NCBI RefSeq assembly: GCF_036321535.1
Contig: NC_087437.1
Span: 36,334,001-36,398,000 of the forward strand
Length of the DNA stretch: 64,000 bases
Direction of reading: 5' to 3'
From: Camelus dromedarius
Lineage: Eukaryota
In this document: positions 12,619-25,217 of the stretch, one piece after another
How the letters are laid out: the number at the start of each line of letters is the position of its first letter
Numbering within the stretch: the first letter of the stretch is position 1
Translations under genes and position numbers: made by a program
The notes under the pieces: generated by a model
Told to the model about the DNA's origin: nothing
What the model saw: the letters and a program-made list of their open reading frames with translations, nothing else
The model's database searches: none

Positions 12619-14100
12619 CTGTGAGGGATTTTAAGAGGGGAAAAAAATGCATGTGTCTTTATCTATACAAACATTTTTTTCTCTCTTAAACTACATTTCT
12701 CTCTCTCCCTCCCTCCCTCTCTCTCAATCTTTATATAGATACATAAATAAATATATATCTTAATGTGTATATACATATATATGGAATGATGCAGTTTATA
12801 TAAAAGAAAAGTTTTATGTTATCATTCTTCAAAGAAAGTAAAAAATAATTGAGAACAACATTTTGAAAACATGCGTAATTCCCCTTTATTCTTTTTTATT
12901 TTTATGGACACTATACAATTTACTAAAATATATATATATATATAATAAAACCTATCTTTAGAAACATAAACAATCCTAATTTCATTTACTTTTTAAAGAT
13001 TTTAAGTATGTTATAAAATGAAAGGTATCTCAATGATTTTCCTGAAATAGTAAAATATTATATCTTCAAAAGATATAAAATTCTAATGTCTTTGTAGCAG
13101 AATCTGCATAAAGAGAAGAGAAATTGTGATTGTGTGTAATTAAATTTATAGATGTGGGAGTAATCAAAAATTGAAAAAGTAAACAACTTGCTGACATTTC
13201 CAATCATGATAAAAATGTATTCTTTATGAGGTTGTTCAATACCTAACTCATAGGAACACTGTTTTGGCTCAAATAACAGAATGTTAACTGAGAAGACAGT
13301 ATAATTATTTTGAGGGGAAAAAAAGCTTGTGAAGTTTAACGTCTACAGATCATAATTCATAATATACTTCTAACAAAGTAATATTTAAGTAAGTATGTTA
13401 TGATTTGAAAAAATATTGAATAGATGTGATCACTATCTAGGAAAATATCTTTGAAAGAATGAGGGGCACTTGAAAAAATCAGAGGAATAACATTTTCTAA
13501 TGAAAAAGAGCTATTTGTTAAAAATATCTTACTTGTGTATATTTTATATAGATCTAGACATAAGTGTATATTTTAAATATGTTGCAAAACTGCTTTCTGG
13601 AGAAATGACTATGCAGTAGAATGTATCTCATCTGTAAAAAACACATTTCCTGCTTTCTATTTAAGAAATAGTCGTTGCTCATATTCTTCATAATCAAGGC
13701 ATAATCAAATGCTTTTAATAAATAATGTAGTGCGTTGATCAATAAAACAATTATTATAAGTTAATATAAAAAGCCATTATTAGTAAAAATATGTTGATTA
13801 GGTTCATTACATTAATTCTACTTCATAACATATATTTAAAATATTCATTTGTATATAGATATACAGAGATACCAATCTCAGAAATGGAAATGACTCACTA
13901 GTAAGTGGAAATTCTGAGACTGGTTAAGAAGCCTCTGCTCTTTTATTACACTCAATTCCCTTGTTTAATTTTTCTGAGAAAACAGGAGGCATATGGACAT
14001 CTTATATTTTCTATTATACATAAAGAAGATTTTATAGCAGAACTTTAGAGTAAATCATTTATAGTTTTAAAAAAATATTTTCAAGAAATAAACTTGAATA

Positions 14101-14196
14101 AATATTACAATTGTGCTAAGTGGACAAACTTCCAGTATATAAGAGGAAAATATCACAATTATGCTAAGTGGGCAAATTTCCAGTATATAAGAGGAA
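14101..14196. repeat. Tandem duplication, 2 x 48 bp
   Basis: aatattacaattgtgctaagtggacaaacttccagtatataagaggaa / aatatcacaattatgctaagtgggcaaatttccagtatataagaggaa (4 mismatches). Confidence 0.95.
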
Positions 14197-14805
14197 ATCA
14201 TATATAACATACAAAATTAAGGCTAAAAATGTATCCATGCTTTTAGCTAAATTCTCAACTAAATTTAGTTGTTTATCAAAGACTATGTTAAAAGTTAAAA
14301 ATGAAGTGATGATATAAGAAAAAATATATGAATCAAACTTTGCAATAGTACTTGAGTATTCTCACACGTTAAATAGATAAATGTACACACATACACTACA
14401 CATGTGATTTAACATGATTGCTGTTTGTCAAACAGATACCAAACTTCCCTGAGTGCTTGTACTTGGAACCTTTCTTAGTCAGGGCCATATGACCTGGGAC
14501 TGTCTCTTTTCCCTAAGCAATGGTCCACACTGGCTTGTTCTTTGTAGTTCATGTTTGGGGTGATGTAGGAGAATATAAGAGAAGTGCCAAGCAACAAAAA
14601 GTGGCCTGTTTATAATATTTTAACGACTTATCTTGAAGCCTTTCCCCCCCACCCACATTTCATTCCCAAACTTCCTAAAAATGGGAAATAAAAGCAGAAA
14701 AAAATTAAAAGATACACATATTTTACCAGTTTATGTTGAAATGTATAAACTATATAAAGTAAATTAAACACTATAAAACTATGAGCAGGAGAGTAAGTGA
14801 CCTAC

Positions 14806-14842
14806 CTTTTCACTGGAGATAAATATGTCTAATGGAATAGAT
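14806..14842 (-). pseudogene. Exon relic (37 nt)
   Basis: Acceptor tttcttgttactgcag|, donor AAG|gtaggt. Confidence 0.55.
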
Positions 14843-15844
14843 CTGCAGTAACAAGAAATTAAAGATGTGTTTATCTGGAAAAGGGAAAATGCTAGCTATT
14901 GGAAACTGCAATATTAAGGGAAATAACAAAGTTTAGAATAATCCTGAAAATAGATGTAGGTAAATATCCTAAATTGTATTAGCAGAATATATAAATGTTA
15001 ATAGAGAGTCTATGGGAGAAATAAAACAAAATTTGTAATATATTTATGTAAGCAATGATGGCATTTTATTCTCCTTAATGGAAGTTGTACACCCAAAGGC
15101 ATTGTTGTCCATGATCAATATGTGAATAAATTACCTAGCTCATGTGAGAATTCTAACATATTTATCAGCATCTCATTTTAAACAAACCAGCCAACAATGG
15201 AAAAGTCAAACAATTATAATTCAAGGATGATTTTGTTGTACACAGTTATCATTTTATCTGTCCATCATTCATTTCTGCTTCTTCTGGAAGGAATACCTTA
15301 CTTTTGCTTTGGGAAATTACCTTTCCCCCATTATGCTACATTACATTAAAAAAATACATTTGTGTATTTTATGGGTTCTCTTGGAAGTAAAGCCTAATTT
15401 AGAAGTAACTAAAAAGCAAACACATAGTGCTATTCTTGAGAGTTGCTGGGTTATCAAATTAATTCCTGACCTCCTAAGGACTACTCCATGAAAGATAACT
15501 TATGACCTGATGGTATGAGGCTGAAAAATAGGAATAAAACACTTCTAAAATATCCCCCACTCCATTCTGAAATCCTTTCTAGAAGGAAGCAATTCATTCT
15601 TTGCTTGGAGTTCAAGTGGATAAATTGATTCAAGGAAAGGAGATCAAAACTTAATTCTGATAACCTGTTTTTGCTCCTTATCCCCCTACTTTTTTTTTTT
15701 AATTACATTTTAAGAGCTCTTTTTGTATAAAAGTATTATGTGCAGTTTTTTATTTCTTATATTTATATATATTTTTCTTGTATAGTTTCCTTTACTTTTT
15801 TTTAAATTTAATTAAAAACATCTTTTCTATTTCAGTATACCTAG

Positions 15845-16310
15845 GTTACAGGCTTTAAGTTACAGGCTTCAAGGTTTCTATTAGAAACTGTAAAATGACA
15901 TGTTTCAGAAGAGATAGAAAGCAACTTCTCTCCCATGTAAATGTATTCTGGAAGTTACCAATTCAAGGCTGGCAAGGAAGTTCTACAATTCTCAAGGATT
16001 AAGAGTCTATCTTGTTCTACGTCTTCAATAATTAGATTTTACTTTCTAACCCATGGTGTTCATAGTGCAGTAATCACATACACATTACAGATACAAGGAA
16101 ATAGAATGGAAATAAGGGTCTAACCATTCATTAACAGCTGCTTCCTGGAAAAGACATGTAACGTTTCCACTTAAATGTTGCAGTAAATTTAATCATTTGA
16201 CAGACTCAGCTGCAAGAGAGCCTGGGGAAAGTTGTCTTTATTTGGGTGGCCATAAATGTACCTAGCTAAGACTAGGGCTCTATCAGTAAGTAAAGAGAGA
16301 CTTGATAATA
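15845..16310 (-). mobile_element. MaLR LTR (MLT1J/K-like)
   Basis: ctcagctgcaagagagcctggggaaagttgtctttatttgggtggccat...cctagctaagactagggctctat matches the reverse of old MLT1 LTRs. Confidence 0.65.
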
Positions 16311-17044
16311 GTGAAAACTTCCAAAATATTATTGGAAATTATAATAATAATAATAATAATAATAATTTATTATTTTTATTTTTTATTTAATAATAATTAG
16401 TTATTATTTTTATTGTTGTATAAATTCTTTACATTTATATATTTAATAAAAATATTTGTATATACCATGTGAATTTCTTTGACATGGCTAACTACTAGTG
16501 TTATTACTATTTACTAGATATACCATGTATTTCTTCACTGAATTGGTATGTTACCTGTACTATATAACATTCCTACATATATTTATCTGCTGGAATCCAT
16601 TTATGGGCACAGCACTTCTACTACTTTGAAATGATTTTTGCCTATTCTCTATATCAATACAAAATTTTTATAAAATTTAGTCATTTTATGTTTTAAATTT
16701 TTATTTTATAAATTAATATAGAGTGAATTTAGTCTTTTGGTGTAAATTTAATGAGTTTTAAAATATGCATAGATTTACAAACCTCTAACAATCAAGAGAC
16801 AGAACAGTTCATTACCCAGAAAACTTTCTCATGCTTTTTGTTAACAGTCACAACCTACCCTCACCCAAACAGATGGCAACCATTATCTGTTTTCTAAAAC
16901 TTCAGTTTTGTTTTTGAGAATACTACATAAGTGGAATCACATAATAGGTAACCTTTGAAGCTGGTTCCTTTCACTCAACATAATGAATTTAAACTCATTC
17001 TCTGTTAACACTTTTATCAATAACTTTTTATTATTACTGAGTAG

Positions 17045-17292
17045 TTATATTAGTTAGGGTTCTCCAGAAAAATAGAATATATGTATACATATGAAACCAT
17101 ATCAAATCATATTGTAACCCCTCAAGGGACTAAATGATGCCATTCACATAGAGGAAGGCAGTATGTTTTAATGAGCCCACCAATTCAAATGTTAATCTCT
17201 CATCTGGAAACACTCTCACAGATGCACCCATAAATAACGTTTATCCAAATATTTGTGTACCCCATGACACAGTCAGGTTGACACATAAAAGT
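17045..17292 (-). mobile_element. MLT2 (ERVL) LTR, internally deleted
   Basis: tattagttagggttctccagaaaaatagaa ... caaatgttaatctctcatctggaaacactctcacag ... cagtcaggttgacacataaaa. Confidence 0.8.
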
Positions 17293-17414
17293 ATGTTTTC
17301 CAGAGTGATTGTACTATTTTGCATTCCCACCAGCAATATTTAAGAATTCCATTCTTTGCACCTTCACTAATATCTGGATATTATCAATATTTTCATTTTA
17401 GCCATTTTACTAGT

Positions 17415-18208
17415 CATGGTTTTGGACTGAATTGTGTCCCCTCAAAATGTATATGTTAAAGCGCTGATTTCCAATGTGACTGCTTTAAAGATAGGTTATT
17501 TAAGGGAGTTATTAAGGTTAAATTAGGTCATAAAAAAAATCCAGATAGAACCTGTGCCCTTATAAGAAAAGGAAGAGATGCCAGAAATTTAATTCTCTCT
17601 CCATGAATGCCAGACAAAAAAAGCCACTTTAAGAATGCAGTGAAAATATGGCCATCTGTAAGCCAGGAAGAGAGCTCTCACCAGAAACCAAATTGGCCAA
17701 AATACTGATCTGGTACTTCTAGTCTTAAGCATTGTGAGAAAATAAATTTATGTTGTTTAAACCACCTAGTGTAAGCCCCTGACTGTGGGAACAAAGGAAC
17801 GAGCCTTGGGCCTGAATGGTAAACAAGTTATAAAAAGTTGCAGACTCAGAGGTGAGAAGGCTGGTTAGCCAATGATGGGTAAGATCCCCCGAGGGGGGCA
17901 ACCTAAGACAGGCACAGCCGCCTGAGTCCAAGAAAAATGTTGTTAAGCAGCCGTTTCTCATATGTTCCGCCCTGATAAGTTGTAAGGCTCGCTGGTGCCA
18001 ACACGAACATGATTTACCAAAACATAAAGGGTCTTCTGAACTTGAGCTAGACACTATCATTCTTCTTTGCTATATAAGACTGTGTAACTTAATAAGCTTC
18101 AGAGTAGCCATCAGCTCTCTCTGCATACGGCGTGTATGTGTACATGGTATCGCGACACCAACACCTAGTCTATGATATTTTGTTATGGCAGCCTACCTGA
18201 CTAATACA
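17415..18208 (+). mobile_element. MLT1A-like MaLR LTR split by a younger LTR
   Basis: ggactgaattgtgtcccctcaaaatg...gtgagaaaataaatttatgttgtttaaaccacctag | cctagtctatgatattttgttatggcagcctacctgactaataca. Confidence 0.85.
17770..18163 (+). mobile_element. Young solo LTR (394 bp), family not assigned
   Basis: TG...CA termini, perfect 5-bp TSD cctag (17765-17769 / 18164-18168), CCAAT, TATATAA near 18071, retained CpGs. Confidence 0.9.
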
Positions 18209-18739
18209 GTTGTATATAGTGAGATCTCATCATAATTTTAATTTGATTTCCCTAATGGCTATTGATGTGGATCTCTACTCATGTGCTTATTTGCCTTCAA
18301 TACAACCTCTTAAATGAAGTGACTGAATCATCCCCAATTATGAGAGGCAGTGAATGATTTATTATGTTTCCCTTTACCTGCTATAGGGAAACCTAAATCA
18401 TTTTGTTATATGGAGCTATGGCAAGACTGATGATTTTTGATATGCTAAACCTCAGTCATTCTGGAAAAATGAAAATCAAAGCATGCTTTGTATGAACATG
18501 AAATAATGTTAGCTGGGTTGAGTCACAGAGATAGTAACACTGTTTTTTTAACCATAGCATATTTACACAATCCTGGCTGGAATTCTGTTATTTACCCTGT
18601 AAAAAAAAGTTCTAATAAGTTATTTTTACACTATCTCATGCTTTATGTCCCCATATTTCTTTATTTTCCTTTGCAGTAAAATATCTCAAAATATTTCTCT
18701 GTATTTGCTATTTCTAGTTTACTATCCTCTCATTCTGTG

Positions 18740-20820
18740 GGAGGAAAAAAGCAAGACCCAACTATATGTTGTATACATGAAAACCACTTTAAATTAAGAG
18801 TTAGTTTAAACTGAAAGTGATGGAGAAAGACAAGACCTATTTTCCTCACTTATCAAAAGAAAGCTTTAGCAGCAATATTAATTTCAAACAAAGAACACTT
18901 ACAATAGGGAAACATGTACAAAAAGGAGACCTTGTTTAATGACAAAGGGGTCAATTCTCTAAGACATAACAATCCTAAATATGTATGGACCTAACAAGAA
19001 TGTTAAAATATTTAAGGCAAAACTGGTAAACCTATAAGAAGGATAGACAAATCCACTATTATAGTAGATTTTTAACACTATCCTTTTAGTAATAGATGGA
19101 TTCAGCAAAAAGAAGATCTATAGGAGTACAGTTGACCTGCATAGAACGTTCAATCAACTTGAGCTAATTGACATTACAGAATACTCCATCCTACAACAGT
19201 AGAATGCGTCTGCTTTTCAAGCTGACAGGGGAATGGGACATTTACCATACACAACATTCCAAGTCATAAAACATACCTTGACAATGTAAACTTACATAAT
19301 TCAGGCAAAAATGGAATTAAGGCAGAAATCAATAACAGAAAGATGACTGAAAAACCCCCACATTATTTTGAGACTAAATAACACACTTCTAAATAACATA
19401 TGAGTCAATGAACAAATCTCAAAAGAAATTTAAAAATATTTTTATAAAAACTGGAAACACAACTGATCAAAATTTGTGTGATACAGCAAAAGTAAGGCTT
19501 AGGTAGAAATTTAGAACACTAAATACCCATATTAGAAAATAAGCAAGAAATAAAATAATCTAAGCTTACATCTTTACAAACTAAAGAAATAAGATAAATG
19601 TAAGTCTAAGGCAAGCAGGAGAAAAGTAATAATAAAACTTAGAGCACAAATAAAATAAACTGAAAATGAAAAACAAAAGAGAAAATCTATGAAATCAAAA
19701 GCTAGTTAATTTGAAATAAAATTAATAAGCTCTACCCATGCACACCAAGAAAAATATTAACTAAATATTAATAGCAGAAGTGAAAAAGAGGGTATCATTA
19801 TTGAGCCTATGGACATCAAAAGTATAATAGAGGAATATCTCAAATTAAATAACTTAGATGAAATGAACCAATTTTTTAAAGACATGAATTGTAATGTAAA
19901 AACTCACACAAGGAAAATTGATTCACTGAATAGGCCTATATCTATATAAAAATTGAATCAATAATTAAGAATCTTTCAACAAAGAAAGCACCAGGCCCAA
20001 AGTTTCACTGGAGAATTCTACCAGATTTATGTTCACACAAAACCTGCACAAAAATGTTTATATTAACTTTATTCATAATTATCAAAAATTGTAAGCAACA
20101 AAATATCCTCAAATAGGTAAATGGATGAATAAAATGTGATACATCCATATAATGGAATATTATTTAGTGATTTCAAAAAATGAGCTATCAAGCCATAAAA
20201 AGACAAAGAGGAAACTCAATCCATATTGCTAATGAAAAAAGCCAGTCTAAAAAATCTACATGTTATGTAATTCCAATTATATGACATCTGGAAAATGCAA
20301 AATTACAGAAACAGAGTAAAGGTCAGTGGTTGCCAAGAGTTCAGAGGTGAGGGAACAGGAAAAATAGGTGAAGTACAGGGGATTTTCAAGTTGGTGAAAT
20401 TATTTTCTATGATACTATAATGGTGGACATGGAATTATGCACTTGTCCAAATTATAGAACTTTACAACCTTAAAGTAAGAAAATAAAAAAATTTTTTTTT
20501 TTTAGGTGGTCAGGGGATCCCAGGATAGAATGCAGGATGTGAAAAAAAAGAATCTAATTGTTTTACAGTTGCATGAAACTGCCTAATTTAAGGGATGGGA
20601 GACAGGAGTTGACCTAAGTAACTGGAAATGAATAGTCTTTAAGACTAAAAGCAAAAAACAAATAAACCAACCAACCAAAGACAAAAAAAATACACACACT
20701 AAAAGTGCATGTAAGAGAGAGTGAGAACCAATCACAGCTAGATAGAAATTATAGAGACATTATAACCAAATGTAACATTGTATCTTGGATGAGATGCTGG
20801 AACAGTAAAAGGATATTAGA
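18740..20820 (+). mobile_element. L1MC-like element: ORF2 endonuclease/linker joined directly to ORF2 end and 3' UTR
   Basis: aagcaagacccaactatatgttgt (KQDPTICC) ... ttcactggagaattctaccaga, then a jump at about 20025 to tttatgttcacacaaaacctgcac and an L1MC-type 3' UTR (ggggatcccaggatagaatgcag). Confidence 0.85.
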
Positions 20821-20856
20821 TACACTGGGACAGAGTGCTGTAATTGATGGATATAC

Positions 20857-20977
20857 CTTCTTTGGGTACAGGAGTTAGCAACAAAACTGGCACAGACCAT
20901 GTGGTTGCTATTCCTGAGCTAGAACCATTGGAACCTGGCGAGTTCTTTGTAGGTAAAGAAATAGAAGTGGGTGTCCT
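20857..20977 (-). pseudogene. Exon relic (121 nt)
   Basis: Acceptor ccttctcttcctcttacag|, donor AAG|gtatat. Frames: GHPLLFLYLQRTRQVPMVLAQE*QPHGLCQFCC*LLYPKK or DTHFYFFTYKELARFQWF*LRNSNHMVCASFVANSCTQR. Confidence 0.6.
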
Positions 20978-21152
20978 CTGTAAGAGGAAGAGAAGGCATC
21001 TAACATCAACTTCAATTATTTAAAATGGACTGTCTAGCCTCTACATAATTATTCAAATGTCACACTTTTAGGAAACTTCAAACTGATGAACCTCAGTTTT
21101 TAACAAGTGGAGGGTAGGAATGTATTAATTTGAAGGACCATGATTTTCATAC

Positions 21153-21258
21153 AACTCTGAAGATGGCTGAGTGGCAAGCATACACATGATTCAGAGTATA
21201 TTGGTCATGACATTGACTCGCTTTCATTTCTCTTTACTAGTAATTCTATTTGGTTGCA
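21153..21258 (-). pseudogene. Possible exon relic (106 nt)
   Basis: Acceptor ccattttacttgccag|, donor GTT|gtatga; frame unresolved. Confidence 0.35.
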
Positions 21259-22704
21259 CTGGCAAGTAAAATGGCCAAAACACCAGATGGAATATTTTTA
21301 ATGTTATTTTTTGTCATAGAAAAATATTCATTTATATTATCAATGAGTCTGTTGGTGTTATTGTTGTTTATTTCTCCTTTAGAACTAGTGTATGACTAAA
21401 GCTGAAATAAGAGAAATTTTAGATTCATTGACTATTTTACTGTTACTGAAATTTTCTTTATTTCTATTTAAGTAAAGTTTAGAGACAATTTATTCAATAA
21501 TATATGTTAATTTGCATTTACTACTTCAATATTTCAATTGAAAAATCTCAACTGCAGTAGTGTGAAACTATACATTTTTAAAATATTAATTTGCCAACAG
21601 GTTTATATATGCCATTGTCTCCTTAATCCTGCCTAATTTATTAATTTCATTTTATATAATCTGAGTGCAGCATACTTTATTTTTTTCATCATCAAAATAC
21701 TAAAGCCCATGGAAGTATAATTTGAAAACATGATTGCTTTTTTTAAGTCCCAAGAGGACTTAGAAGTAATTGGAGAGAAGCCTAACACATTAATTTTTAA
21801 GCTCTTTTAAGTAACTACTTGATGCAAAGGTGCAAAAATAATTTCATTCTAAGGATGACACAAAATGTATGGAATTTTAATGTATTTCATTTTGGAAGAT
21901 ATATTAATAAAAACTTTCTTCCTTAGAAAGTGTTTCATATTGGTGAGTTTACAATGAATTTATTTAATGCAAAATAAATATTTAGCGCACATTTTGGAGA
22001 TAAGCTGAAATAGATTTCAAACTACTTTTGAGCATCTTTTACAAAAGGAATTTATTGTGCAATTTTCTTAAAAGCACAAAACTTGAGCATGAACTTATTA
22101 GCTATTTTAGCCTCACATTCTTTTTCACTGAGGAGTCTATTACATATTTAATTAGGTTAAATTCATGAATTATCACTATATGGTAAATAAATGTAAAAAA
22201 ATCAGACTACAACAATGATAACAAAATGAGTACCATATTCTTCAAAGCAGTTATCTTGGGAGAATATAAACTTACTTCCTCAATTACAACATTGTAATTA
22301 TATGCAAAATATTTTTTTCAAATTTACCTTTTTAATTACAAGATAGTTTACACATAAAGAATAAATAGTAGCTTTAAAACAAGCAATAATTAGATGCTTC
22401 TGAAAAAAAGCAAAATACTTCTAAAGGATAATGCTTTTACATTATGAAGATATTTAAATTATCTTTAAAACTGATTTCAAAAGAAGAATTTGCTGAAACT
22501 TTTGGACCAATTTGAGTGGCTACCCTTTTAAACTAAGTACTTAATTAGCACATGTTTTATTTAAAAGTCTAGTCACTTTCATTTTTATTCATGCTTTGAG
22601 TTTTCTTTATTGTTCTCACAATGAATTTTGTTTATTTCCAAAAGAAATCATCAATGGTAATAACAGATTGTCAATAAAAGAAATGGAATGTGAAATGCTC
22701 TCAC

Positions 22705-22830
22705 TGTAGTCTGTTAGACAAATGTGCCATTTCTACAAGAACTGACAATAGGTTCTCCGCGGAATGTCATTGTATATAGGAAAACTGCTCAAGAGATTTA
22801 ATCTCACTGCACAGTAGAAGCAATGATTTC
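22705..22830 (-). pseudogene. Exon relic (126 nt)
   Basis: Acceptor ttcctttataaccag|G, donor ACA|gtgaga. Reads KSLLLLCSEIKSLEQFSYIQ*HSAENLLSVLVEMAHLSNRL. Confidence 0.55.
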
Positions 22831-23554
22831 CTGGTTATAAAGGAATAGCCAGCGGAAATATTGTTTGGTATTAATAAAACTTTTCTCACATTTCCTTGAG
22901 ATGTGTAAATGAAAATGATTGAATATTCAGCACATTTCCATAAGTTAAGAATGACATTTTTATTATCAGCAAATTATTTATCTTTCCTGATAGCATGTAT
23001 TAAAGCTAAATATATTTGGTAGGTGCTCCTTCTTAAAGAGTTTTTAAATTATTAGATGCCCCAAATCTTGTAACTCATTCTTTTCTTGAAAAAATATTGA
23101 GTCAGAAAGCAAGATACTGAACATCACCAGATGTAGTGAAATATTTAAGTTACACATCAATGAGACACATGGGGTGTATTTATGCAAATAAAGATGTCTG
23201 TACAAATGGCAACACCTATCCTTGGTAGCACTTTGCCACCAGGTCTAATACAACATTTATCACATTTACTGTTCACACTATTTTACCAACCCTGTAACTA
23301 CTGGCTGCTGACAGTTCTTGGTTTTGATCCTGGTGTCCTTTTACTGGCTGTATACCTTATCATCTATAAAAGTAACTTAAAATGTGCCTAATATACAAGA
23401 GAGACTGAAAGCTAAAACTTTTCTGTCACTAGCACAATACTTGGCACATTGTAGCCTCTCAATGATTATTTGTTGCAACTGTGTTTCACAGACCTGGGGA
23501 TGAGCAGGAGGTGCTGTATGTGTTAATATACTCCTTTTTCAATTGATATAGTGT

Positions 23555-23735
23555 ACCAAGAGGAAGATACGCAGAGAGACAAAAGCTTGAAGAGAGTCAA
23601 AACAAGGACACAAATTGACGTACAATTTTTGTTAACCACTGATTGTGCTTTAAAAAAATTCATAACTGTGGCAAATGTATTCAGACCAGTATTATCATCA
23701 TTATTAAAAAAATGACTGAGTTCAAATAACATTAT
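23555..23735 (+). mobile_element. RTE-clade LINE RT relic (MamRTE/L4-like)
   Basis: Translates to SLKRVKTRTQIDVQFLLTTDCAL, resembling the RTE motif KRLxAKTKxxxxxxELLFADDCAL. Confidence 0.45.
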
Positions 23736-23849
23736 TAAACTAGGTAAGAATAAATCTATGACCCCAATGTACTAAATGTACAGTGATTGGTGGTTTTAAT
23801 TCATGTTTGATTTTTAATCAGTAAGCGCATGATAATATATTAATAAAAT

Positions 23850-24260
23850 AAATTAATCAGTTTCTTGAGATTGAATTAATTTTTTATTCCTGAGATTATA
23901 ATTACACATTCTCAAGGTATTTTCTTAAGGGATGGATTTAATTTGATAATATTTTATTTAGGATTATTGCATCTATGTTTGTAAGTGAGATTTATTTAAA
24001 ATATTTCTTTTATTGTCCATCTCTTGATTTTAGTACCAAAAATATACCAGCCGACCTCATAAAATGATTAAGAGTGAAATATTGCCAACTTTTTCTGTTC
24101 TTGGAGAAGTTTGCAAAGGATATAGATTATCTACATCATCTTCTTTGAATGCTCTATAAAATTTTTTAAATGATATATGAATCGGTGTTTGCATATTATG
24201 TATTTTCTTAGTAGATTTTAACTATGTTTTTAAATTGGTTTTAGATCTATTCTTCCATTT
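23850..24260 (-). mobile_element. Ancient L1 ORF2 fragment
   Basis: tttaggattattgcatctatgtttgtaagtgagatt...gacctcataaaatgattaagag. Confidence 0.65.
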
Positions 24261-24569
24261 GGATATATATAAAATACATGAAGTATATACATGTCTATGT
24301 ACACATTATATACATGTGTGAGAATCTGTATAGTAGTCTAAGTAAGTTATATTTTTGAAAAAAATTCATATTCATTACTTTAAGATTAATTATATATGTT
24401 CTCATAAATTTTATTAAAATATCTAATCCATATATATTCATAACCTATGTTATTTATCAACACTGTTTATGCATGCTTTATACATTTTTTAACATTTTAT
24501 AATTGATCTTTTCAATTATATATCTAATCTAGACAGTCAAGTCTGAAGAGATTATATGTATTAAAATTT

Positions 24570-24805
24570 AATCTCTGAATTCTTAATTATTTGTCTGGGG
24601 TCAAATCTATCTTCTCAACTTGCTTGAGATATGACCTTGGATAATTTACTGAGTCTGTTCTCACTTTCTGATTTCTCATCTACATAATAAGGATAATTAT
24701 ATGTCATCTTCATACGGATGATTAATGGGGATTCAAGAAATAATTTTAATAAAGCACTTAGTATATTTCCTATTATACAGAAAACATTCAATAATTATAT
24801 ATTAA
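24570..24805 (+). mobile_element. MIR SINE
   Basis: tgaccttggataatttact...tttctcatctacataataaggataat...taaagcacttag. Confidence 0.8.
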
Positions 24806-25029
24806 GATTGATATTTCAACCAATAAAATTTATAATTATTCTCTCAAAACATAGATGTTACCTGTTATAGGATTTTTATATGATGAGCAGTGAGGTCAGA
24901 ATATCGATCTACGATTCTGAAGATTTGGATTCTTTTTATAGGTGCAAATTCCAGCTATTTGACATTTATTTGATGTCATCACACTAGGGCTTCTTTTCCT
25001 AATCGAAAAATGATAGGGTTATACTAGAT

Positions 25030-25217
25030 CAGGTATCAGAAAACAACTAGCTCTGGCCAAATATGGCTTGCCACTTGTTTTTGTTAATAAGTTCTATTGG
25101 AACACAGTCACATCCATTTGTTTACACGTTGTGTTTGCATTTGTACCACAATGGCCGAGTTAAGTAGTTGCCCTTAAAGCTGAAAATATGTGTTATCATT
25201 CATTTTTCTAAATTCTC
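25030..25217 (+). mobile_element. MER58A-like hAT-Charlie MITE inside a MIR3-like element
   Basis: ggccaaatatggcttgccacttgtttttgttaataagttctattggaacacagtcac; 8-bp TSD tactagat/cactagat. Confidence 0.8.

Larger units (their letters stand above)
16700..18320 (-). mobile_element. Old L1 (L1MB/MC-like) 3' fragment interrupted by LTRs
   Basis: ttccagagtgattgtactattttgcattcccaccagcaat...cattttagccattttactag, resuming at about 18210 with gtgagatctcatcataattttaatttgatttccctaatggct. Confidence 0.8.
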
